Shown here: piece by piece, positions 52,782 to 62,992 of the stretch
Layout: each line of letters starts with the position of its first letter
Position numbering within the stretch: position 1 is the stretch's first letter
NCBI GenBank assembly: GCA_965214405.1
Contig: OZ243956.1
Span: forward strand, 3,904,001 to 3,968,000
Origin: Trueperaceae bacterium
GTDB lineage: Bacteria > Deinococcota > Deinococci > Deinococcales > Trueperaceae
Length of the DNA stretch: 64,000 bases
Direction of reading: 5' to 3'
Made by a program: the position numbers and the translations under genes
The notes under the pieces: model-generated
Seen by the model: the letters and a program-made list of their open reading frames with translations, nothing else
Database searches by the model: none
What the model was told of the DNA's origin: nothing

Positions 52782-52829
52782 TAGTTTCGTGATGAAGCTG
52801 CCCCTTTTTCTGTTTTCACCCCGTAACGT

Positions 52830-53462
52830 GTGAAGGTCTCTCAGCCTGGGTGGAGCTTAGAAAACCTCCTCTGGACGCTCGGTTATTCTCCCGTGGCGGG
52901 CGTAGACGAGGCGGGCCGGGGCGCGCTGGCTGGACCCGTCGTGGCGGCGGCGGTCGTGCTGCCTTACCGCTTTGATTATCCTTTCCGTGATTCCAAAACG
53001 CTTTCGGCGGCGCAGCGTGAACGTTTGGCGGATGAGGTTAAAGCGGTGGCGCTCGAGTGGGCCGTCGGCACAGCGAGTGCGGAGGAGGTGGACGCGCTCA
53101 ACGTTTTACAAGCCACGCACCTCGCGGCGGCTCGAGCGCTCGCTGCTCTCTCTACATTCGGCACGGAACCGCAGGCGCTCGTGACGGACTTCTTAAAGCT
53201 TTCCTTCGGAACGCCCCCGAAACCCGTGCTGGCCGTACCCAGAGGCGAAAGCCATTCTTACGGCGTGGCCGCGGCAAGTTTGTTAGCGAAAACGGCGCGT
53301 GACGCACTTATGCGGGAGCTTAGTGAAGAGTTTCCGGGTTACGGTTTCGCGCGTCACAAGGGCTACGGCTCCCCCGAACACCTGCGCGCGCTCCAGAAGC
53401 TCGGTCCCTGTCCCGCTCACCGCCTCAGCTTTCGCCCGGTAGCGCAGGCGCGGCTCTTTTAA
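52830..53462 (+). CDS. rnhB: Ribonuclease HII
   Basis: GVDEAGRGALAGPV, DSK, AAASLLAK, HKGYG. Confidence 0.96.
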   Translation: MKVSQPGWSLENLLWTLGYSPVAGVDEAGRGALAGPVVAAAVVLPYRFDYPFRDSKTLSAAQRERLADEVKAVALEWAVGTASAEEVDALNVLQATHLAAARALAALSTFGTEPQALVTDFLKLSFGTPPKPVLAVPRGESHSYGVAAASLLAKTARDALMRELSEEFPGYGFARHKGYGSPEHLRALQKLGPCPAHRLSFRPVAQARLF

Positions 53463-53699
53463 CATCACCTTTTTGAGCCTACTTCGTCGATCGGTGTGCT
53501 CAAGAAGGCGTCTGTAAAATCTCACCATCCGTCAGCCCGTCTCCTGCGGATAAGGTGAGCTTTATGACACTCGGTATACTGAGAGGCATGACGACTAACG
53601 TTCAAACCGTGTGTTACGCGCGTCCTGGCAGAACCAGCGACCGCGGTAAGAGAAAAAAATCTCTACTTTTTACACACGTCTCCTCGAGGAGGCACTAGC

Positions 53700-54497
53700 A
53701 TGGCCCCATGCGTCGGCGTCCGATTTGACAACGGACCCAAAATTCATTATGTAGAAGCGCCGCCCGAAGCGCCGCCCGTGGGCGTGCGCTGCGTGGTGAG
53801 CACGCGGCGGGGGCTCGAGCTGGGCCTCGTGCGCGCGTCGCTGCGCGAACACGCGCGTCCGAGCGGGCACTACGTCCGCGAGGCGACGCCTGAGGATTTG
53901 GGCCGCTTCGACGGGCTCAAGGCTCGAGCCGAAGAACTCAAGTGGCTCCTCAAGGCGCGGGCGAGGGAAGAAGGGGGCGACACGAAGATTGTGGCGCTCG
54001 AGTTCACCCTCGACGAGTCGCTTTTGGTCGTGAGTTACAGCGCTGAAGCGTCCGCGCCGCTCCGCGCGCTGGCCCAAGAACTCGCCCACCACACGGGCGC
54101 GCGCATCGAGTTCGACAACGTGGGGCCGCGCGACCAGGCGCGGATGCTCGGCACGCTGGGGGCCTGCGGGACGGGCTCGTGCTCGTCAACCTGGCTGCAA
54201 AGCTTTAACGCGGTGGGCATCCGCATGGCGCGCGACCAGCAGTTGCCCCTAAACCCCGAGAAAATCAGCGGCCCCTGCGGTCGGCTCATGTGCTGCTTGC
54301 AGTTCGAGCACGAGATGTACACCGACCTCCTCAAAGAGATGCCCAAAAAGGGCTCCCGCGCCTGCCATACGAGCGGCACCTGTGGCCGCGTCGTTAAGCT
54401 CCATCCGCTCAAGGGCACCGTCGAGCTATCGACTGACGAGGGCAAGTTGGAGGAGTATCCCGCTGCCGAGGTGGCGCGGCAGGGGCGGCGGGGATAG
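53700..54497 (+). CDS. PSP1-domain protein (RicT/YaaT family)
   Basis: MARDQQLPLNPEKISGPCGRLMCCLQFE. Confidence 0.9.
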   Translation: MAPCVGVRFDNGPKIHYVEAPPEAPPVGVRCVVSTRRGLELGLVRASLREHARPSGHYVREATPEDLGRFDGLKARAEELKWLLKARAREEGGDTKIVALEFTLDESLLVVSYSAEASAPLRALAQELAHHTGARIEFDNVGPRDQARMLGTLGACGTGSCSSTWLQSFNAVGIRMARDQQLPLNPEKISGPCGRLMCCLQFEHEMYTDLLKEMPKKGSRACHTSGTCGRVVKLHPLKGTVELSTDEGKLEEYPAAEVARQGRRG

Positions 54498-54570
54498 GAG
54501 AATTCTCCCCACCTCCTCCGCTCCCCCTATCTGCACTTTACGCCGAGAAGCCGCCTGGCTCAGACTAAAG

Positions 54571-55536
54571 TTAATCGCGCAAAGCCGCGCGCAGCTCGAG
54601 CGTCAGCACGCTTAGCGCGATTCCCGGCGAGGCGTAGGCTTCTAAAGCTTCCTCGCAGCGGGTCACGCTTTTAAGGGCGCGCGCGTAGTGGTGGGGCGCG
54701 CTTTCGCTGAGGCGCGCGCGCAGGAGGTCGGCCACGTCGACATCCGTGGCGCTCGACCAAAGTTTCTCAAGGGCGTCGGCGGCCTCAAGCGCGTTCTCCA
54801 GACCTTTAGAAAGCGCGGACACGTAGGCGTCAACGCAGTCTAAAGCCGCTTTGAACGCGTCCGGTTGCTCCGCTGCCGCGAGCAGGTCGCCCGCGCGGCC
54901 CAGCCTGGCGGCGGGATGCGCCGTTTGCAGGGTGACGGGCACCTGAGAGGGGTCCACCGTGCCCAGCCGGATGGGCGTGCTCCTCGAGGCAATCGTCGGC
55001 AGCACCGCCCCCGGACTCGGCGCGATGAGGATGACCACGGCGTAACTTGGGGGCTCCTCCAAAAGTTTCAAAAAAGCGTTCGCCGCGCTCTCGCCGAGTT
55101 TTTCGGCCTGGTCGATGACGCCGACGCGTTTGTGAAAGCGGGGGCGGAGCTCGAGCCAGCGGCTTAGCGGCTCCTCCTCGCCGCCGGGCCGGGGCACGAG
55201 TTGGTCGATGTGGATTTCGGGTCGGCGGCTCACGCGTCCGGTTTTGGTGGTGGCGTCGGGCGCGACTTCGCGGTAGTCGGGGTGATTGCCCTCCCTAAAA
55301 GCAAGACAACTGGGGCAGCGTCCGCAGGGTTCGGTAGGAGTTCCCGCCCCTTTCACGGGGCTCAGGCAGTTGAGCAGCGCCGCGTACCAGCGGGCGAGCC
55401 CCCGCCGCCCCACGCGCTCGGGGCCGGTAAAAAGGAGTGTGTGGGCGCGTAAACCGCGCAACGTGTGTTTTGCCTCTTCGTGACCGTAGAGTTCACCGTA
55501 TTCGCCGTCAATGTTTCTTTGAGGTGCGGGCTGCAT
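54571..55536 (-). CDS. holB: DNA polymerase III delta-prime subunit
   Basis: PCGRCPSC, HPD, AANAFLKLLEEPP, LPTIASR. Confidence 0.9.
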   Translation of the reverse strand: MQPAPQRNIDGEYGELYGHEEAKHTLRGLRAHTLLFTGPERVGRRGLARWYAALLNCLSPVKGAGTPTEPCGRCPSCLAFREGNHPDYREVAPDATTKTGRVSRRPEIHIDQLVPRPGGEEEPLSRWLELRPRFHKRVGVIDQAEKLGESAANAFLKLLEEPPSYAVVILIAPSPGAVLPTIASRSTPIRLGTVDPSQVPVTLQTAHPAARLGRAGDLLAAAEQPDAFKAALDCVDAYVSALSKGLENALEAADALEKLWSSATDVDVADLLRARLSESAPHHYARALKSVTRCEEALEAYASPGIALSVLTLELRAALRD

Positions 55537-55538
55537 CG

Positions 55539-56300
55539 TTAGCGACCCGCGCTCAGCCGCGTGGCTAACGCCTCGGGATAGCCGTGCGAACGCACCGCCT
55601 GCTGCACCCTCTCGATGTCAAAGGCGACCCGGTAGAGTTCTAAAACCCGCGCCTCCTCGTCAAACACCGCGTAGGACGCGAGCGGCACCCCGTCGCGCGG
55701 CTGGCCGACCGAGCCGGGGTTGAAAAAAACGCGCGCCTTGGGGGGCAGACGGTAGACGGCGCGCTCGCCACGAAAGGGGAGCGCGCGCCAGACCTCGTGG
55801 CCCGGCGCGCCCGCGCCCGCGTACGCCACCGGGATGTGCGTGTGACCTACTAAACAGAGGTCGCGCTCCAGAAAGGGAAAATTCGCCTGGGCGGCGTTGA
55901 GGCTCGAGAGATACTCCCAAGGCTCACGCAGCGCCCCGTGCGTCGCCTCCCAATTCTCTCTAAGCACCCGCTTTTGAAAGCCCCGGATAAACGTTATATT
56001 CTCGGGCGAGAGCGCGCGCGCGTGTTTGGCGACGATGTCGGCGACGAGCCCGCCCTCGCGGGGCCTGCCGCCACTAGGTGCGTCCAGGAGCGAGAGAAGC
56101 AGCGCGTCGTGGTTGCCGAGAATCGCCACCTCCGGCTCCAAGTCGCGGAGCAGCGTGGTGGTCCGTTCGACTTCCGGGTAGTAGCCGACCACGTCGCCGA
56201 GAAAAATCACGCGGTCCCAGCGCGCGCTTTCTCCGTGGCGCAGCACCGCTTCTAGGGCGACGTCGTTGGCGTGAATGTCACTCAGCACGAGGTAACGCAT
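55539..56300 (-). CDS. Metallophosphoesterase
   Basis: SDIHAN, GDVVGY, GNHD, GHTH, NPGSVGQPRDG. Confidence 0.92.
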   Translation of the reverse strand: MRYLVLSDIHANDVALEAVLRHGESARWDRVIFLGDVVGYYPEVERTTTLLRDLEPEVAILGNHDALLLSLLDAPSGGRPREGGLVADIVAKHARALSPENITFIRGFQKRVLRENWEATHGALREPWEYLSSLNAAQANFPFLERDLCLVGHTHIPVAYAGAGAPGHEVWRALPFRGERAVYRLPPKARVFFNPGSVGQPRDGVPLASYAVFDEEARVLELYRVAFDIERVQQAVRSHGYPEALATRLSAGR

Positions 56301-56597
56301 AACCTCGCTCACGATAGCATCCGAGCTTCTTTCGCTGGGTCCACACGGGGACGCTTCTTTGAGATTCAGCCTACGTATAAACCACGTATAGACCACGCAT
56401 TACTTTCGTTCACGTTAAGCAGAGCTGCGTGAGCTGAGACAGGGGGTGGAGGAGACAGGGTGGTGAGGAGTTCTAAAGCTTGTGTTCTACTTTCCTCCAC
56501 GCGCTACCCGCCTCTCAACTCCTTCCACCCTTCACCAAACACCAACCATGACCCGAATCATAAAACCGCCTCATCCTTTCCCGATATACTGCCCCTA

Positions 56598-57746
56598 ATG
56601 CTTTGGCCTCAACGTGCGGGAACGTCTACAGTTCGGCTCTTTTTGGGTTGCGTTTTACTGTCTCTCCTTTCTCTTGCCCCCGCCCAGGTGGTGGTGCCCA
56701 ATTTTGGAACGCGCGGCGAGGTGCCCGACGCGCTGCGCGAAAGGTTTATGAGCACGTTTAGGGAGCGTTTGGCGGCGCAGACGGGGTTGCCGGTCGCGCC
56801 CGGCGAACTCGTGCCGCCGGGCATCGCGGCCTCGCTCGACGCGGACTACGCGCCCTATATCGCGGAGCTTGGCGAGGGGCGCTACGGCGTCTCGGGCGAA
56901 ATCGTGGGTCCCGACGCGGGCCGGGGGCGCGGCCCGGACTATTCGGTAAGCATTTTGGTGGGTAATAGAGAAACGGGAGAGGTTTCCGACCTCATCAGTC
57001 AGCCGCTCGTCGCGGGCGAGGTCGAGAACGCGGTGGAGCCGCTTGTGGAGGCGGTGGTGGGGTTTTTGAGCCCAGCCAGCATGTTGCCGCCGGGTTCGGC
57101 GAGTCTCTTTCTTTCTTCCAAACCCTCAGACGCCGAAGTGTTCGTCAACAGCGTCCGGGTGGGCCTTACGGGCACCCTCGAGCCGCTCGCGCTCGCGCCG
57201 GGCACCTACGAGGTTGAGTTCCGCAAAGAAGGGTTTTTGCCCTACACCGAGCGCGTCGTTTTACAGGCCGACAGAACGGAATTCGTCGACACGCTCCTCT
57301 CGCCCATTAGCGGCGGGAGCATCCAGATTACGAGCAACCCGCCCGCGCAGGTTTATTTAGAGGGCGTCAAGATGGGCGACCGGACCCCCCTGGCCTTTCG
57401 CGCCTCGCCGGGGCTGCGCGAACTCAGGCTCTCGCGCCCCGGTTTCGTTTCTCAGACCATCTCGGTACCCGTGCGTAACTTTCGGGTGAGCCGGGTGCCG
57501 CCGGTCACGCTCGAGCCTTTGTCCGAACAGCTTCTTTTCTGGGACCCGCCGCAGACTTATCTCGTCTTCATCGACGGTCTATTACGACCCGACGGCTACG
57601 TGTCAAACCTCGTGCCGGGGCGGCATCTGGTCGAGCTGCGCCGTACCCGCAACCGCAACACCCGCTTTATCGTCGACGTACCCGCGGCGGGCCATTTCGA
57701 GCTCGATATGGAGGGGCAGCGCCTCGTGCCTTTCGGCGCTGAATAG
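56598..57746 (+). CDS. Secreted PEGA-domain protein
   Basis: Signal peptide; SKPSDAEVFVN and SNPPAQVYLEG PEGA repeats; TATACT 7 nt before ATG. Confidence 0.8.
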   Translation: MLWPQRAGTSTVRLFLGCVLLSLLSLAPAQVVVPNFGTRGEVPDALRERFMSTFRERLAAQTGLPVAPGELVPPGIAASLDADYAPYIAELGEGRYGVSGEIVGPDAGRGRGPDYSVSILVGNRETGEVSDLISQPLVAGEVENAVEPLVEAVVGFLSPASMLPPGSASLFLSSKPSDAEVFVNSVRVGLTGTLEPLALAPGTYEVEFRKEGFLPYTERVVLQADRTEFVDTLLSPISGGSIQITSNPPAQVYLEGVKMGDRTPLAFRASPGLRELRLSRPGFVSQTISVPVRNFRVSRVPPVTLEPLSEQLLFWDPPQTYLVFIDGLLRPDGYVSNLVPGRHLVELRRTRNRNTRFIVDVPAAGHFELDMEGQRLVPFGAE

Positions 57747-57777
57747 CGAGGTAAGGAGCAGGGGGGTATGACGGTTG

Positions 57778-58797
57778 CTAAAGCGCGTCGCCCCAATCCG
57801 CACGGCGCGCCGCCTTGTAAAGAGCACCCTCACGCTTGCTGATGGGCCGCTGGGCCGCTGTACCGTCTTGCTGGCACAGCTTCAAAGTGACGAGCCCGCT
57901 GCGGGCGCGGGGCGAGGCCAGAACGCGCGCTTCGGGCGTCCTGCCGGGCTGACGCGAGGCGGCGAGGTAGATGTACTTTTCATCCTCCCAGCCCACCTCG
58001 GCCCTTTTGGCCTGACGGTGCGCTCTTGAACGTGCCACGCGCTGCGAAAAGTGGCACCAGTCGGGCGGCGAGAGCGGGCAGCGCGCCGCGTGCGGACAAG
58101 GGGCGAGGAGGTGCGCGCCCGCGGTGATGAGGCGGGCTCGAGCCTCCAATATACGCGTCCAGCCCGCGGGTGTACCCGGCTCGACTAAGAGAAGCGTGTC
58201 GGCGGTGAGCGCCCATAAATCGTCCACCAGGCGAGCGCGCGTTTCGGGCGCGAGTTCGTTGAGCATGTAAGCCGCAGTCACGAGGTCACGCGGACCGGTG
58301 TTGGCTGTGGTGTCGGCTGTGGTGTCGGCCGTGGTGTTAGTTGTGGTGTCAGTTGTGGTGCCCGCCAATCCTGAAGTCGCGTCGGTGGTTTCCCAGACGA
58401 CCCTCAGGGGTAGTTGCGCCGTGACCCGCTCGCCCCAGGCGCGGATGGCGGGGCTGGCCTCTATGAGCCGCGCGTCTTCCAGACCCGGCCAACGCTCGGC
58501 GGCGGCCAGAAGCGCCGAACCGGGACCGGCACCGACGTCGAGCAGCGTGCGGGGCGCAAAGTCGGGCCTGACTCCTGAGAGCGCCGCCATGCACGCCGCT
58601 ATCGCCGCGTACGTGGCCGGGAGCCGCGTGACGAGGTAGGCGCGGGCGGCCAGGTCGTGGGAGAGGTGAAAGCGTCCGTCTCGCACCTCGGCCCGGTAGC
58701 GCTGTGAGAGCCCCTCGGCTGCTTCCGCGAGGTCGGCAAGGGACACGCCCTCGAGCACACGGTCGCTCACGTCGCGCAGGGCTGGCGGCAGGTCCAT
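57778..58797 (-). CDS. Rsm22-family methyltransferase-like protein
   Basis: LDVGAGPG, VEPGTPAG, APCPH..CP, WCHF. Confidence 0.9.
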   Translation of the reverse strand: MDLPPALRDVSDRVLEGVSLADLAEAAEGLSQRYRAEVRDGRFHLSHDLAARAYLVTRLPATYAAIAACMAALSGVRPDFAPRTLLDVGAGPGSALLAAAERWPGLEDARLIEASPAIRAWGERVTAQLPLRVVWETTDATSGLAGTTTDTTTNTTADTTADTTANTGPRDLVTAAYMLNELAPETRARLVDDLWALTADTLLLVEPGTPAGWTRILEARARLITAGAHLLAPCPHAARCPLSPPDWCHFSQRVARSRAHRQAKRAEVGWEDEKYIYLAASRQPGRTPEARVLASPRARSGLVTLKLCQQDGTAAQRPISKREGALYKAARRADWGDAL

Positions 58798-58868
58798 AGG
58801 GGCAGCATACTCGCTTCTTTCACCCTTTTGGTGACGCGTAAAGACGATGGGCAACTCAGAAAGTGGGC

Positions 58869-60002
58869 TTAAAAAGGCACATCATAAAAAGCATGAATGA
58901 CAAAACGGGGCGCGGGATAGGACGCGGGTGCGCCCGCCGCGCCCAGGAGGCGCAGGTTAAGAGTTCCCGGACCTGCGGCGCTTTGCAAGGACGCCTCGAG
59001 GCGATAGGGGGGCGCGTCCGTCCGGTAGGGTTCGGCGGCGAGCGCCAGGCCGTAACGCAGCGTAGCATTAAGCTCGTTTTGCACGCCCTCCACTCGCGCC
59101 CCCGGCCCCACCCCGCGACTCCCGGCCCCCAGCCACAGCGAACCGCGCAGAAGCGGGCCGGTCGGAGGGTTGTAACGGTACTCGAAACCCGCCGCGCCGT
59201 AGGAACCGCCGAGTCCGGCCTCCGCGCCCGCGTTAAGAAGCGTCGCCACGCGCACCGCGCCGTCGTCGCGCCCCCGCAACCGCCGCACCTGCACCGCGCC
59301 CTGTAGCCCGACGCCGACGCCCCCGCGCACGTAAAGAAGGCTCGGGTCGAGCTCCAGAACGGTTCTCCGGTTTAGACGGTAGCTCGCGCCGAGGTGGCCG
59401 AACACGCCCCACGACGGTGACGCCCCCGCCACAGGAGGCCGACTCAAGCCGGAGATAGCGCCGAAAGCACCGTAACCGTCTACCACAGCGTCACCATGAC
59501 CTACCTCATAACCAAGCGCGTTTAGCGCCCCGAAGCGGCCTGGGTTCACGTTGAAAACGCTCAGGCCGAAGCGCGCCGCGACCGAGGCGACCGCGCCGTC
59601 TCCCGCGACGGTTCCTTCAAAAGCCCCCGTCGTGTCGAGTTGAAGGATTCCTCGCAGTGCAACGGTGCCGACAGGGCCAAAAGATGTTTTGGAGCCCACG
59701 CCCAAGCCAAACTCGAGCGCCCCAGTTCGCCCCCGCGCCGCCCGCAGCTCGAGCCCCAGCCTCCCCGCGCTGAGGTCGCGCACGACGAGACTCGGTTCTA
59801 AGCCGAACGCGCCGCCCGACCCTGTAAACCCCACGCGCAGCGTTTGTGCGGCTCCGACAGGGAGGAGCGCGAGTAGCGTTGTAAGAATCAAGTAATAAAA
59901 GCTTATCCTAGTGCCGGACTGGCGAGAGGCTCGAGCGCCACGTGTCAAGAATTTTTGAGAAGAGCACACGCTGCCTAGCATACGACGTTTACCCTGCGAC
60001 AT
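58869..60002 (-). CDS. Probable outer-membrane beta-barrel protein (start uncertain)
   Basis: Signal-like LALLPVGAAQ; alternating Gly/aromatic strands; C-terminal Phe. Confidence 0.55.
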   Translation of the reverse strand: MSQGKRRMLGSVCSSQKFLTRGARASRQSGTRISFYYLILTTLLALLPVGAAQTLRVGFTGSGGAFGLEPSLVVRDLSAGRLGLELRAARGRTGALEFGLGVGSKTSFGPVGTVALRGILQLDTTGAFEGTVAGDGAVASVAARFGLSVFNVNPGRFGALNALGYEVGHGDAVVDGYGAFGAISGLSRPPVAGASPSWGVFGHLGASYRLNRRTVLELDPSLLYVRGGVGVGLQGAVQVRRLRGRDDGAVRVATLLNAGAEAGLGGSYGAAGFEYRYNPPTGPLLRGSLWLGAGSRGVGPGARVEGVQNELNATLRYGLALAAEPYRTDAPPYRLEASLQSAAGPGTLNLRLLGAAGAPASYPAPRFVIHAFYDVPF

Positions 60003-60138
60003 CCCCGTGAAGCTGAGTGAGATTCGCTCGAGCGGAGGTAAAATTTCTTATCCCGGCGCGTCCGGCAGGTGTTACACTCGACATTGGTGTATGAGTCGGC
60101 GGCACTCCTTTTCAGCCAAAAGAGGCTCGAGAAGCCGT

Positions 60139-60213
60139 GTCATGAGAAACAGCGTTATAGAAACCGGTGCCGTAAAAACCGGCGTCATAAAAAAGGGTGT
60201 CATAGAAACTCGT
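60139..60213 (+). repeat. Five degenerate 15-bp tandem repeats
   Basis: GTCATGAGAAACAGC / GTTATAGAAACCGGT / GCCGTAAAAACCGGC / GTCATAAAAAAGGGT / GTCATAGAAACTCGT. Confidence 0.75.
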
Positions 60214-60335
60214 GTAAGAACAGCCTGAAAGGTGGGTGCGACCGCCTCTAGCCTAGCACCCCCGCAAGAAACCCGTAACCTACCCCATGTCAATTTACCT
60301 ATTAGTCTAACCATGCCAATTTACAGGAGCCTCTT

Positions 60336-62882
60336 ATGAATATCCTCGGACGTGTGACCGTCTTGCCCCACCTGCCGGAGCGCATCTCGCGCCTGGACGT
60401 GCTCGCGCGCAACTTGTACTGGACCTGGACGCCGCCCGCCCGCGCGCTTTTTCGTCACCTAGACCGTGAGCTTTGGGAGCGCATCGGGCACAACCCGGTG
60501 GTGTTGCTCCGCGATATCTCGCAAGACCGGCTCGACGAGGCCGCCGCGGACGAGGCCTACGCGGCGCGCTACGACGCGGTGATGGCGGCGTTTGACGCGT
60601 ATTTAGCGCGCGAAGACACCTGGTTCTCTCGCAACATACCCGACGGGGAAGCGCAAACCTACGCCTACTTTTGCGCTGAATACGGCTGGCACGAGGCGGT
60701 GGCGCTTTATTCGGGGGGCTTAGGCATCCTGGCAGGCGACCACACCAAGGCCGCCTCGGACTTGGGCGTGCCGCTCGTGGCGGTGGGGCTCTGGTACCCG
60801 GAAGGATACTTTCACCAGCTCGTCGCCGCCGACGGGCAGCAGGAGGCGATTTATGAACGCCGGAGCCCGCAAGAACTTCCCTTAGAACTCGCCCGTACGC
60901 CGGATGGCGACGAGGCCAAAGTGAGCGTGACCCTGCAGGGCCGCGAAGTCTACCTGCGCGCCTGGCGGGCGAACGCGGGCTGCGTGCCCGTCTATTTGCT
61001 CGACAGCGACCTGCCCGAAAACGACCCCGCCGACCGCATCCTCCTGCAGCGTCTTTATGGCGGCGACCAGCGCACCCGCATTTCGCAGGAGATTATCTTG
61101 GGCATCGGCGGGGTGAGGATGCTTCGCGCCCTCGGTGTGGCCCCCACCGCCTGGCATATGAACGAGGGGCACAGCGCGTTTATGGCCTTGGAGCGTTGCC
61201 GCGAACTCGTCGAGGCGGGCTTGCCCTTCGACCAGGCTCGAGAAGTCATCACCGCGGGCACGAACTTTACCGTCCACACGCCCGTCGCGGCGGGCAACGA
61301 CGCGTTTCCCTTCGACCTCGTGTCGCAGTTTTTCGGCGGCTACTGGGGCTCGTTGGGTCTCAACCAGAGCCAGTTTTTCGACCTCGGGCGCTTCGACCAC
61401 GGCTGGGGCCAGGCATTCAGTATGCCCGCGCTGGCGCTGCGCTTTTCGTCGGGCCGCAACGGCGTGGCCGCGCTCCACGGCGAGACGAGCCGCCGCTTGT
61501 GGAACGACCTCTGGCCGGAGGTGCCCACCGACGAGGTGCCGATCGGTCACATCACCAACGGCGTTCACATGCCGTCGTGGGTCGCCCCCGAAATCCGCGA
61601 CCTCGTCGCCACCGTGATGCCCGAGGGCTGGGAAGAACGTTTTGACGACGCGGCGATGTGGGAGAACGTACGCGAGATTGACGACGCGGCCCTGTGGGCG
61701 GTGCGGAGCAACCTCAAAGAGAAGAGCATCGCCTTTTTGCGGCGGCGGGTGCTTCACCAACTCGTCCGTCAGGGCGCGCTGCCCACGGTGATGCAGGGCG
61801 CGGGCGGCCTTTTGGACCCCAAAGCGCTCACCATCGGTTTTGCGCGGCGCTTTGCGACCTACAAACGCGCCACGCTCATCTTCCAGGATTTGGAGCGTTT
61901 GGAGCGCCTGCTGAACAACCCCGAGCGCCCCGTCCAGCTCATCTTTTCGGGCAAGGCGCACCCCGCGGACAAGCCCGGCCAGGCGTTAATCGCCCGAATC
62001 CAGACGCTGTCGCAAACGCCCGAGTTTGCGGGCAAGATTCTCTTTGTCGAGAACTATGACATCTCGGTGGGGCGCGCGCTCACGCGCGGCGTCGACGTGT
62101 GGCTCAATAACCCGCGCCGTCCTTTGGAGGCCTCCGGGACGAGCGGACAAAAAGCGGCGATGAACGGCGTCTTAAACCTGAGTATTCTTGACGGCTGGTG
62201 GCCCGAGGGTTACAACGGCGAGAACGGCTGGGCCATCGGCACGGGCCACACCCTCGCCGACCCGGCGAGCGCCGACGCCGCCGACGCCGACGCGCTCTAC
62301 AACCTCTTAGAGCGCGAGGTGGTGCCGCTCTACTACAACCGCGACGACCAAGGTGTGCCCAACGCCTGGATGGACCGCGCCAAGGAGGCCGTTGCGACGA
62401 TTACGCCCCTGTTCAACGCGCGGCGCATGGTGCAAGACTACGTGACAGCGTATTATGCCCCCGCTTCACAGCGCACCGCCGAGATGACGAGAGGCGACTA
62501 CGCGCCCGCCAAAGAACTCGCCGAGTGGCGGGGGCGCGTGGTGAACACCTGGCCGGGTCTCTACCTGTCGGGCCGCTTGCTTCAAAACGGGACCCGCCAT
62601 GTGGGCGAGCCCACCGAAGCCGAGGCGGTGCTGCACGCCCAGGGCCTGCCGCACGAAGACCTGCGGGTCGAACTCGTCTACAGCCGCGAAGAGGACGAAC
62701 TTAGGCACGACATCCGCACCGTCGAGATGACCTGCGTTGAAACCTACGGTGACGGCGGCTCGCTCTATAAAGTAACGTTCGAGCCCCACATCTCGGGCCG
62801 CCTCGCCTACGGCGTCCGCGTCTATCCGGTTCACGAGGGGTTAACGAGTCCCTTTGACGTTCACGCGATACGGTGGGCGTAG
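60336..62882 (+). CDS. glgP: Alpha-glucan (glycogen) phosphorylase
   Basis: YSGGLGILAGDH, HMNEGH, FARRFATYKR, EASGTSGQKA; AGGAG RBS. Confidence 0.95.
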   Translation: MNILGRVTVLPHLPERISRLDVLARNLYWTWTPPARALFRHLDRELWERIGHNPVVLLRDISQDRLDEAAADEAYAARYDAVMAAFDAYLAREDTWFSRNIPDGEAQTYAYFCAEYGWHEAVALYSGGLGILAGDHTKAASDLGVPLVAVGLWYPEGYFHQLVAADGQQEAIYERRSPQELPLELARTPDGDEAKVSVTLQGREVYLRAWRANAGCVPVYLLDSDLPENDPADRILLQRLYGGDQRTRISQEIILGIGGVRMLRALGVAPTAWHMNEGHSAFMALERCRELVEAGLPFDQAREVITAGTNFTVHTPVAAGNDAFPFDLVSQFFGGYWGSLGLNQSQFFDLGRFDHGWGQAFSMPALALRFSSGRNGVAALHGETSRRLWNDLWPEVPTDEVPIGHITNGVHMPSWVAPEIRDLVATVMPEGWEERFDDAAMWENVREIDDAALWAVRSNLKEKSIAFLRRRVLHQLVRQGALPTVMQGAGGLLDPKALTIGFARRFATYKRATLIFQDLERLERLLNNPERPVQLIFSGKAHPADKPGQALIARIQTLSQTPEFAGKILFVENYDISVGRALTRGVDVWLNNPRRPLEASGTSGQKAAMNGVLNLSILDGWWPEGYNGENGWAIGTGHTLADPASADAADADALYNLLEREVVPLYYNRDDQGVPNAWMDRAKEAVATITPLFNARRMVQDYVTAYYAPASQRTAEMTRGDYAPAKELAEWRGRVVNTWPGLYLSGRLLQNGTRHVGEPTEAEAVLHAQGLPHEDLRVELVYSREEDELRHDIRTVEMTCVETYGDGGSLYKVTFEPHISGRLAYGVRVYPVHEGLTSPFDVHAIRWA

Positions 62883-62992
62883 CGCGTCAGGTAGGCGTTG
62901 AGTTGGAGAGAAAGTGGTGAGTGGTTGGTAATGAGTGGGGAGTGAAGTCAAAAGCTTTTTCTCCCTTGCTCAGAAATGGGTGTGCTCGAGCG

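Noticed and set aside
60139..60213. CRISPR array
   Set aside because: Contiguous degenerate 15-mers with no spacers and no cas genes.
60882..61961. Long antisense or alternate-frame ORFs (also 50880-51764, 18871-19452 and others)
   Set aside because: Shadow ORFs of high-GC genes with no recognisable motifs.
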